DNA of 44,011 nucleotides from Azolla caroliniana (taxonomy: Eukaryota > Plantae > Polypodiophyta): positions 1-44,011 of the forward strand of contig JBHGNT010000257.1 in assembly GCA_043228905.1 (NCBI GenBank), given 5' to 3'. Position numbers and translations under genes: made by a program. Below are positions 1-10,148 of the stretch, in pieces. The notes beneath the pieces are model-generated. The model worked only from the letters and a program-made list of their open reading frames with translations, did no database searches and had not been told where the DNA came from. Numbering within the stretch: position 1 is the first letter of the stretch; each line of letters starts with the position of its first letter.

Positions 1-31
1 AGACAGAGAGACAGAGAGAGAGAGAAATATA

Positions 32-305
32 TGTATTACGTGAAGAGAATGTACAACTGTGGCTAGAAGGCTTAAGACTGGCGTTGAACCAATTTGGTTC
101 AACATAACGCCTAGTGCCCTCTTTTATAGTATTTCTAAGAGTAATCCTGAAGCTTCTAGAATGTTCCAGAGAAATCTGGAATATACATCAATTTCTAAAA
201 TAAAACATAAATGAAAATAATATCCTACAACTTATAATGTATAGTCTAATGGTAAGACCTCGACCCATGTAGCATAAGGTCATGGGTTCGAGTCTTGCCA
301 TGACA
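32..305 (-). mobile_element. LTR (probable 3' LTR of a minus-strand element) with PPT at 306-315
   Basis: Minus strand reads GGGAAGAGGA (PPT-like) then TGTCATGG. The TCTAGA-rich body resembles the LTR at 7322-7693. Left boundary uncertain. Confidence 0.55.
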
Positions 306-669
306 TCCTCTTCCCAATGTATATATGTGTGTGTGCAAGCGTGCACATGAGCACGGTGAACCGGACCATAGTCAGCATACTTATTAATATGCATATAAAT
401 ATATATACTTAAGTCTATCATCCTTCTATAAATACGGCTATGAAGGGCTAACAAGTGTGTGTACGCGCATGCTCTCCCTCTACGCATTCTAGTCGTATTC
501 CGGAACGCGTCCGGATCGGTTGTCTCCAGGTCGCATCCGGAACTACTCCGGCTGGTGTCTCGACGGCATATCCGGCTCCAGAGAGCTCGACCTTCCGGAA
601 ACCCATCTCTCCCCAGTCCAAGACCCCGATGGTCCCGCTCGGATCCGACACGTACTCGCGGATTTCCGC

Positions 670-1334
670 GATAGCGTGTCCACCCTTTGGTCCTATATAT
701 GGATTGTCTGCACCAGAGCTAAAGGCCCTTCGAGTGTATCTCAATGAGAACCTCACGAAAGGATTTATTCAACCTTCCAAGTCGCCATCCGGGGCCCCAA
801 TATTATTCGTGAAGAAGAAGTGCATTTTGAATACGAGGTAATGCCTTTCGGCCTTACTAATGCCCCAGTTATTTTTCAACATATGATGAACGATATATTC
901 CAGGAATATCTCGATCATTTTGTGGTCATCTACCTAGATGATATTCTCATTTTTTCGCCAAACATGGCAGAACACACCCATCAAGTCTGATTAGTTCTCG
1001 CAAAACTTCGGGAGCACGGCCTTTATGCCAAAAGTGAGAAATGCGAATTTGACCGTACCTCGATAGAATTCCTAGGTTACATCATCTCACCCATTGGCAT
1101 CACGATGGATGTGAAGAAGGTTTCCGTCATTTGGGAGTGGGCGACTCCAACTCGACTTAAAGATGTGCAATCATTCCTTGGCTTCGCCAATTTTTACCGT
1201 CGCTTCATCAAGAGGTTTTCCACTCTAGCCCATCCTCTTATCGCCCTCACATGCAAAGGTACTCCCTTTCTATGGACCTCAATGGCACAAAATGCGTTCG
1301 ACTCTCTCAAACACGCATTCACCACTGCCCCTAT
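670..1334 (+). pseudogene. Ty3 reverse transcriptase fragment
   Basis: [35 protein letters not shown], an internal deletion, then [43 protein letters not shown]. Contains stop codons. Confidence 0.92.
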
Positions 1335-2516
1335 TGTCGTGAAGATTTTCGGCAATGGTGTAAATATTGCGAGGAATGTACAAAATCGAGTGTGGTTCTT
1401 CACACAAGACATGAAACAATAATAGTGAAGATACTATTTTACGAGCTTCTAAATGTACTTTACCACATTTGAAACGGACAACTAAATGTCAAGTTATGTG
1501 AATGTGAAGTTTGAGAAGAAGAAAACAAAACAAAACTATGAGATATCCCACATAGATAGGACAAATCAGGATCCCACAGTATATAAGCAGAGCCAGAACT
1601 TATTACTTTTTGTTTATGAGTGGAACACGGAATGTTCTTGGGCTAAACTGTGGCTTAACTACTCGTAACGGTTTTGGGTGACCGGACAGTGACGAAACTA
1701 GCGACGGAACCGGACAGACAATGACAGAGCCGGAACCGGACGGCGACTGAACCGGAACTGGAACGGCGACCGAACCGAGACTAGGACCAGCACTGGAACC
1801 GGACCAGATAGACCAGATCACCGGGTCGAATGCGGACCGTATAGACGAATCGATCGAATAGGTTGATCGTGACGATTTCGGTGTGAAATGAACAAAATAT
1901 CTAGACTAAAAAACCTAGTAAAAGTTTTTATACAAAAGGATGCAAGCAAGGCTTGAACCTTGCACTTCCAAGAAAAGAGACAATAGACTTACCACTAAAC
2001 TAAAACATCTCCTTAGAAATGTTTTTTCTATCATTATACTTTTACATGTAAATTCTCATATTAGAGCTTGAATGAGTGACATGGTTATCATGCATCACAT
2101 GTAATGCATGAGCGCCAAATGGCAAACATGCATCACATGCTTTCCATGCATTGTACGCATGTCTTGTACCCTCATATGCATGGGGGCGTCTATAAAAGAG
2201 TGGATGAAAAATATCAAAGGCAGCGATGTATTAACCAAGAATTTAATAAAAAAGAAGAAAAATTGTTATCCAATTGATGATATATCTTGTCCCTCAAATG
2301 TAAAGTCAAAGGTTCAATCTTTATCTCAATCTCTCTCTCTCCATTTCAATCTCTCTCAATCAAAAGTCAAGCGTTCTATCTTATGTCAATCTCTCTCTCT
2401 TTCAATCTATCTTAAATATTTTCTCGCTAAAGCTAGTGCAAACTTCGAATCTTTCCGATCCAGAACCCTGGTGGTTCCGCCTCACGATCCGCATGTAGTG
2501 ACGGATCTTCACGACA
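1335..2516 (+). mobile_element. Solo LTR (1182 bp) inserted at the RT/RNase H junction
   Basis: Perfect 12-bp terminal inverted repeat TGTCGTGAAGAT..ATCTTCACGACA. Imperfect TSD (CCTAT/CCAT). Removing it restores TTAP(M)LLHVD. Internal GAACCGGA repeats at ~1700-1810. Confidence 0.85.
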
Positions 2517-2978
2517 CCATGCTTCTACATGTCGACCCCACATCACCCTTCCAAGTCGAAACTGATGCCTCTGACTTCGCCATTGGTGCCATTTTATCCC
2601 ATGCCAATGACTCCAACATAATGCACCCAGTGGCTTATTACTCTCACAAATTCACGGCATCCAAAATCAATTATCCAATATATGACAAGGAGCTTGCTGC
2701 TATCATTGTAGCCTTTGAAGAATGGCACCCCTAATTGGCCAGAGCACAACATTGTGTCCAAATAGTGATTGATCATAAGAATTTAATTTATTTTTCCACT
2801 ACTCGTACTTTGAATTGAAGGTTGGCTCGTTGGTCGATATTTCTCGCCGACTATGATTTTGAGATCGTATTTCGACCTGGTGGCCAACATGGGAAGGCTA
2901 ATGCTCTTGCTCGTCGGGTTGAATTTGCCATTCGCCCCAGGGATGTCGCTCATGCTCAACAATCTCGTTGTTTGCTGA
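2517..2978 (+). pseudogene. Ty3 RNase H fragment
   Basis: FQVETDASDFAIGAILS..PVAYYS..NYPIYDKELAAI..DHKNL..RLARWSIFLADYDFEIVFRPG, with in-frame stops. Confidence 0.92.
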
Positions 2979-3693
2979 TTTGCGACCACGATGGAGAATT
3001 GGTCGTTCTAATAGTTCCCCGTTCCAATTGCATGAATGGGCTTGATTCATTGAATTGGGAAAACCATGAATCCTGGTTTGTGCTTACGTTGCACATATTT
3101 CATTTGTACCTTGTTAAAGAATTCAAGAAGTTGCGTGATATCCCTTGTTTTGATTGTAAAGAACACGAACATGGTGTCTACATTTGATGGTAATCTTTCG
3201 AGCTTCATGTGTCTATATAATCTCAAAACGTAGAAAAGCATATCACATTCATCATTGCATTTAGTTTTTTCATTAGATAATATTACACCTTCATTGAAAA
3301 AGCAAGCACTCCTTTAAGGTTGTGGATAAGGTTCCAAAACAAACTTTTCAAGTTTTCATCCATTGAACTACTAAGCAGAAGCATTTTCTATTTTACATTC
3401 CAAAACAAAATTTTCAAGTTTTCATTTCCTCTTAGGATACACATTTCCTCTTAGGATAAACATGTGATAAAGCCAACTCCATTTGCATGTATATCACATG
3501 TTAGGTATCATTATCAAATTGTTAAAAAAAATCAGTTTCCTTGTAATGAGACAACATGGTGGTTATAAGTGTACATATGGAATAAAAGATACACTCACCA
3601 AAATAACTAAATTTTAGATAAGGATGAAATTCCATTAACTATTGAATGCAAATTACACTATCCTCATAGATCATTCCTTATAATCTACATGAA

Positions 3694-3995
3694 CTTTGAT
3701 TCAGAGACATAACTTGACCAATGAAGTAGCTAATATACATTGTTGGGCTGTTCAAATCATTCATCAACCTAGTCATTCTTACTTCAAAGTTTGCATAGTT
3801 TGAGTTGTTGGGAAACAGGTCCCTCCGGATGGGAAGAGCATGAGCTTTGATTCAGAGACATAACTTGACCAATGAAGTAGCTAATATACATTGTTGGGCT
3901 GTTCAAATCATTCATCAACCTAGTCATTCTTACTTCAAAGTTTGCATAGTTTGAGTTGTTGGGAAACAGGTCCCTCCGGATGGGAAGAGCATGAG
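3694..3995. repeat. Exact 151-bp tandem duplication
   Basis: 3694-3844 is identical to 3845-3995. It spans the flank plus the first 39 bp of the copia LTR. Confidence 0.95.
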
Positions 3996-6180
3996 TCGAA
4001 TAAGATGAGTCAATAGGTAACTCGAATGATAACCGATTTGGTCGATAGCCGAATCGACCGAATCCGATTGGGCTATATTTGTAAATAGCCTACATGTGCC
4101 CATTAAGGATATATTTGTAAATAGCCCAATTTGTATATCAGTATAAATATACTTAGGGCAAGTTGTTAGAAGGTGTGTTGATTATTGTTGAATAGTTACT
4201 ATGGGTTGTCTATAACTAGAGAGTGAGAGAGTTGTAACTCTGCGGCCGTCTATTAGACGAAGAACAACTCAAGGTCATTGCCTTGAGATTCTTATTGTGT
4301 ATTTCCTCTTGATATAGTAATTTAGTTCGGAGTTTGTGGGCTCCCATGGTTTTTCCCATTTAGGGTTTTCCACGTAAACATCCCGTGTCTTTGTACTTCT
4401 GTTATTCTTTTGTTTGTGTACTATCATTCACGATCTTTGCACCCACATTCGCATACATGCTAACCGGTTGTGGCCAGTCGATTGTCTACAAATTGGTATC
4501 AAAGCAATGGAAGAATCGTTTGGGGCATGCTCAAACTAACCGGCTCTAACTACTTAGCGTGGAAGTCAAAGCTGTGGGACATGCTCATATGCAAAGACTT
4601 ATGGTTGATGGTGCAATACGGCAAGACCAAGCCAGACAAGATTGATGCATCGACTTGGGAAGTCATGCATTTGAAGGCAGCTGCATACATAAGATGTTTT
4701 ATAGACATGAGTCTATACAATAACTTTAATGAAGAGAACAAGGCAAATGTCTTGTAGGAGAAGATTGGCATTATGTTCAAGAACAAGAACGTCTACAACA
4801 AAGTCTTAGTGTTCAGGATGACTCCAGCATGGCGGAGCACCTAAATGCCTTCCAAGGACCGATCAACCAAACCACCTCTCTAGAAGTACCTCTTGTTGAT
4901 GAGGTATTAGTATTATTGTTGTTGGGATCCCTATTGGACAACTAGGAGATGCTCGTTGTCACATTGAGCAATGTCGGACCGGAAGGGAAGCACTTATCCC
5001 TAGAGAAGGTGAAGTCGAGTTTGCTGAACGAGGAAGCTCGTCAGAAGTATAGTGAGGCAATTACCGACTGAAAGGCCTTAATGACCATGGAAGGTGACAA
5101 GAATCAGAGAAATATAAGTTACTAGAACCGAGAGAAGTCGGGGACAAGGTCGAAGTCGAGACTCAGGAGGCCTACATTCTTCTAATGTGGGAAGCCAGGA
5201 CACTTTCAAAAGAATTTCCGACACTTCTTGAAAGAGAAAGGGGGAGGTGATGGTGTAGAGTCGAAAAAAAATCTCGGACAAAAGGAACACCTCAACAATT
5301 GCCGCGAGTGAAGAGGAGTTGTTGTTCATTAGTGAACAAAATGAATCGACATGGGTGGTCAATTCAAGTGCATCATTCCACCTAACCCCCGGCATAGGAT
5401 GCTTCTCATCATACAAAGCCGGAGACCATGGTTTTGTAAAGATGGGAAATGAAGGAGCATGCCGAATCGTTGGCATAGGAGACATGTGTTTGATAACTTC
5501 TACCAGGTGTAGACTGGTATTAAGAGATGTTAAACACGTTCCGAAAGTCAGATTGAATTTCATATAAGCCGATCAACTAGATGATGAAGGCTACATGAGT
5601 AGTATCCAGAATGACACTATGAAGTTCTGCAAGGGAATCCTGATTGCGGCCCGAGCCCAAACAACCAACACATTGTATCTAATACATGCCCGAATATGTA
5701 GGGAGGAAGTGAACGTGGCACAAGAGGTTGTGCGAGAAGGGGATGTGGAGACTTGCTGATGATAACCTAATTCTGGAGGTGAAAAACGTGCAACTTGAGA
5801 AGTGCATCGATTGCTTGGTTGACAAGCAGAACAAGGCCTCCTTCCGAACTAGACCCCCGACAAGGAAGAGAATGCCTTTGGAACTCGTGCATACTGACGT
5901 ATGCTACGTAGACACTAAGTCACATGCCGGTTCACAATACTTTGTGACCATCATTGATGATTGTAGTTAGAAGTTTTGGGCATCCGTATTGAAGACGAAG
6001 GACCAGGTGTTATCCATCTTCAACGAGTTCCAAGCAAGAGCCGAGAGAGAAACTAGCCAGAAGCTAAAAGCAATTCGAGCAAACAACGGAGTAGAATACC
6101 ATGGGCAGTTCGAGGAGTACTGTTGATCGAAGGGTATCCGGTTTGAATACACCATCCCAAAGTCACCAAAATTGAATGGC
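3957..6180 (+). mobile_element. 3'-truncated Ty1/copia element: 5' LTR 3957-4490, PBS, gag-protease-integrase
   Basis: LTR TGTTGGG..CTACA; PBS TGGTATCAAAGC (tRNA-iMet type) at 4494-4505; ATG at 4507. Confidence 0.9.
4507..6180 (+). pseudogene. Copia gag-pol fragment (gag, Zn knuckle, protease, N-half of integrase)
   Basis: MLKLTGSNYLAWK; WVVNSSASFHLT (decayed DSGA site); LELVHTDVC..YFVTIIDD..NNGVEY..PKSPKLNG. Many stops and frameshifts. Confidence 0.9.
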
Positions 6181-6218
6181 GAGATAGTCTACAAAATCCC
6201 TCCAAGACGCCGAAAAGG

Positions 6219-7272
6219 ATGGGACTTGACCACTTCACCATACAAGATGATTTGTTATTCCGCGATCATCTCTTATATTTCCCGGAGGGCCCGTGTCACA
6301 CTCGGGTATTGCGAGAATGCCACGATGACCCCCTTGCAGGTCACTTCGGAGTTGCAAAAACCCTCGAACTAATCTCTCGGGGGTACTGGTGGCCACAACC
6401 ATGGAAGTTAGTCAACAAATACATCAATACTTGTGAGGTTTGCACTCGCTCCAAAGTTGCTCATCATCGGCCATATGGCTTGCTTCAGCCGTTTCCATGC
6501 CCTAGTCGTCCATGGGCCTCTATCTCTATGGACCTCATAACTTATCTACCCTTGGTCAATAGCTATGACTTGGTTTTGGTCGTTGTTGATCGGTTTACAA
6601 AGATGGCTCACTTCACTCCATGCTCAAAAACCATTTCCGACGAAGGAATGGCGCATCTACTCCTCAATAATGTCATCCATTTGCATGGCCTCCCCGATGA
6701 TGTCATCTTTTATCGTGGACCCCTTCCTCGCTTCAACATTTCCCTCCCTACCACTTCTGTGAACCCTTCAGCATAGGGTCGAGCCCGGGTTTTAGAAGAG
6801 CTACATCATGACTTATCCTTAGAACTTCGTCTCGCTGGTGAACGATACAAGAAGCACGTTGATCGCCATCACTCTGTCACTCCACCCTTTGTTGTTGGCA
6901 ACATGGTCTGGTTGTTACGACGGCACATCTCTACTACCCGTCCATGTGCGAAACTTGATTGCAAGAAGTTGGAACCATTCCGTATAGTTGAGCGCATTAA
7001 TCCCGTCGCCTTCCAGTTGGCCCTTCCATCCCACTTTCAAATTCATGATGTTTTTCATGTCTCCCTTCTTGAGCCCCATTATCCTTCACAGATCCTAGGA
7101 CGCCAAGCCCTTCCACCACCCCCTGTGCAATTGACGACAGGCGAGGAATACGAGGTCAACCAAATACTTGACTCACCTTTGCATCGTCGACACCTGCAAT
7201 ACCTCGTCTTCTGGAAGGGTTACCCTTTGTATGACACCACGTGGGAACCCGCACAGAATTTACAAAATGCCT
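6219..7272 (+). pseudogene. Ty3 integrase plus chromodomain, internally deleted
   Basis: HHCC zinc finger (CHDDPLAGHFG..CEVC), WASISMDLIT, VVVDRFTKMAHF; deletion near 6720; chromodomain EEYEVNQILDS..YLVFWKGYP..TWEP. Confidence 0.92.
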
Positions 7273-7321
7273 GCACAGAACCGGCGACGGGTTTGGGAAG
7301 GTGGCATAGGAAGGGGGATAA

Positions 7322-7693
7322 TGTCACATCTAGGATGTGACTCGAACCTCTGATCTATAACACACCCAATATGTAGTATTAGATAAACCATTTGAAAACC
7401 CTTAAGCTATATGTAAAGTGTATATGTTTAATATTATATATCCTAGCATATATTCTAGTCTTTAGTATATTCTAGAAATGTTCTATGGTATATTCTAGAG
7501 ATATTTTTGCGGTATATTTTAGAGATCTTTCTTATGTATATGCTACAGATATTCAATCTTAGAACTTGTATACATATGTGTGTTCACCAAGATTATAATC
7601 AAGGTGAACACCAGTTACGGAGTCTTTCAATTAATCAACTCATCCCTTTGATTATCTTCTACTCTCTGGTGTATATTTTCTACCCGTGATACA
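7322..7693 (+). mobile_element. 3' LTR of the chromovirus
   Basis: Follows the PPT; TGTCAC..GTGATACA; shares AATCAAGGTGAACA..CCAGTTACGGA with the solo LTR at 19854-20214. Confidence 0.8.
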
Positions 7694-7699
7694 TAAAAG

Positions 7700-8350
7700 C
7701 AAAATTTTGTGTTCTGGTTGAATGCAAGATATAGAAAAATGGTTTGGTAGATAGGATGTGAGACACTTGTTTCATGATGCATCACTAGATTCCTCTATAA
7801 ATGAGGCTTTTTTGCAACGCCAATGTATCATGACATGGGGCAAATGAGGAAGCTCACGCTTCACACATTATACTACACATGTTGCACCTCACTACAAAAC
7901 CATATTCTTTGCGGAACGGGGAAACTGTACACATTGATACATGTTAGAGCCCATCCTGTTATCTGCCATTTGAACCATTGCTTCCATGAGACTTAGCTCA
8001 CATGCATTACGATGTGAAACAAGGCGTTGGGGCACAAGTGAGAGTGGTCGGCTATGCACACTTTGCCCTAAACAAGTTCGCGAGTCTGAGTATCACACTT
8101 TGATACAATGCTCTGCCCTTTATCATATTCGACCATGCTTTCCACATCTCTTCGACTGACCTCAATCCTTGCACGAATTTCTCTCACAACCATAATGTGC
8201 ACTCTCGATTGCAACATTCATTGGTAAAGTTCTTGAACATCGAGAGTCACATGCACTTTCACACGTATCACATGAAATGTAATATTTTTGGTCTCATAGG
8301 TCATATTTGACTTCCGAAGATGATCATAAAATCTATCTATCTATCTATCT
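7700..8350 (+). mobile_element. 5'-truncated non-LTR retrotransposon (LINE) 3' end
   Basis: Translates RLSSHALRCETRRW..RLCTLC..ESEYHTLIQC..YHIR (C-terminal cysteine-rich motif of LINE ORF2), then a short 3' UTR and a (CTAT)n tail. Confidence 0.75.
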
Positions 8351-8960
8351 CACACACTATGTTTCCTAGTACCGTGGCAACGACTTCACACAGTAACTAT
8401 ACAACTGCAGCTCTCACAAAGTTTGCCCTAGTTATCTTTATACTTAGATAACTTTTGAGCTATTTACAAAACTGGCCCAAGTAGGCAGAGCATAAACATA
8501 TTTACATATGTATCCTTTCTGAATGTCTATCCGGACACTGATATGGATTTGAATACAGTCATTCTTCTCCTTCGGATACAACTGATCCGGCTCGTGTTCT
8601 TCTTCCCATCTAGAGGGACCTTGTTTCCCAACATTAGATTTGGTAGATAAGTTCAATCAAGTCTAAGCTGGTGTGTGCATGTGCAACCAATTATTTAAAT
8701 AGCAGACAATGGGATGGGTTCTTATAACATATATTTGTGGTGCCCTTGTCCTGTCCCAACCGAGACACAGTCCCAATCTGAACTAGGACTCACAAAAAGG
8801 GCTAGTCCCTGTCCCAAAACGGACACCACCCTAGGTTAACCTCCCATCAAGTCGTGGCCGAGTCCCGACCAATCCTGACTCGTCCCAACCTCGTTTTTGG
8901 TTTTGTCCCATCTTGCCATAATAAGAATAATAATATTTTTCTTCTTATACTTCTTCAACA

Positions 8961-9444
8961 TCTTCTTCTTATCCTTCCTCTTCTCACCTATACCAATTTT
9001 TGATCTTCTGAAGTGTAGCCTTCTTTTCCTTGCATCTTATGTTCATCGCATCTTTGTCTTTTCATTAGCTTGGTGAACGTCCTTTCCGGTCCAGGACCCT
9101 AGCAGTCCCACTTCATTTCACGAACACACGAGGATTTTCCTCAACATCTTTCTCTTGACGTGATCAAACACGCCACCTTCTAATATGGAGTCAAATGAAG
9201 CGGGATCGTTGGGGTCCTGAACCGGAAAGGACGTTCACCAAGCTAACAAAAAGACAAAGATGCGAGGAAAATCCTCATGTGTCCATGAAATGAAGCGAGA
9301 CCGCCGGGTCCTAGACCGGAAAGGACATTCGTCAAGCTAACAAAAAGACGAAGATGCGATGACCATAAGATGCGAGGAAAAGAAGGTTACACTTGAGAAG
9401 ATCGAAAATTGTTATAGTTGAGAAGAGGAATGATAAGAAGAAGA
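8961..9444. repeat. Long imperfect inverted repeat (foldback/MITE-like)
   Basis: ~8961-9150 is the reverse complement of ~9257-9444; an extra partial arm copy lies at ~9194-9265. Confidence 0.85.
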
Positions 9445-9448
9445 AAAT

Positions 9449-9649
9449 TGTTATATGGGATCGGTCACAATCGATTTTCAAGCACAAACGAGAATGGCAG
9501 AAAACTTAAATAACGTAAACGATGCACTAACACAGAGACACAAGTATTTTTAACGTGGAAACATTGAAAGGGAAAAAACACGAGAGTCCACAAACTCTGA
9601 GCAAGTGACCAACGTAAGAGGAATGTACAATAAGAAGCAACAAGGCAAC
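9449..9649 (-). mobile_element. Copia LTR, 3' part (split by the Ty3 insertion)
   Basis: Reverse complement resembles ~4320-4490 (GTTTGTGG..TTTTTCCC..TTTCCACGT). Confidence 0.7.
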
Positions 9650-10101
9650 TGTTACCGACTAGGAACATGGTCTACGGTCAGTCCTTCGACCTAGACCTCC
9701 AAGTGATTCTGTGACAACGAATGGTAGCGTCTGTGCGTAATACTTAGTGGGATGTTCCTCGTAACCTAGCAGCATATAAGGGAGACGGCTACAACCGAGC
9801 TCCTTTGACAATGGGCTAGGCTAATATACACACCATTACTTACTCCTACACTCTCAGGTGTTACAGACACATAGTAGATTAGCCGTAGCTACACACAAAT
9901 ATCAGAGAAGATAGAATTCTATTACGATATGTCTCTTACATTCAAAATTACACTCCCTCTATCAGAGGTTTTCTGCCCTTTATATACGCAGGGTCTTTTA
10001 GCCGTTCACTCTTCCCGCGTGAACCATTACATGCGTTACAATATTATACTATTCCTTATTCCTACGCTCTTGTCTGCCGATTACTATTCCGGCGGACAAC
10101 A
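9650..10101 (-). repeat. 3' LTR (452 bp)
   Basis: Direct repeat of 18772-19220; TATATAAAGGG on the minus strand near 9976-9986. Confidence 0.95.
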
Positions 10102-10148
10102 CCTGGCACGCTTGTGGGACAGTGTCATGCCACGTCGGACCCATCCCT

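Larger units (their letters stand above)
455..7693 (+). mobile_element. Decayed Ty3/gypsy chromovirus (Tcn1-like), 5'-truncated and interrupted by nested insertions
   Basis: RT, RNase H, integrase and chromodomain fragments are in canonical order, followed by a PPT (AGGAAGGGGGATAA) and an LTR starting TGTCAC at 7322. Confidence 0.88.

Noticed and set aside
240-300. Functional tRNA gene
   Set aside because: No acceptor or anticodon stem pairing; only the D arm and T loop remain.
1700-1815. CRISPR-like short repeats
   Set aside because: Irregular GAACCGGA repeats inside an LTR; no constant repeat-spacer structure, and the context is eukaryotic.
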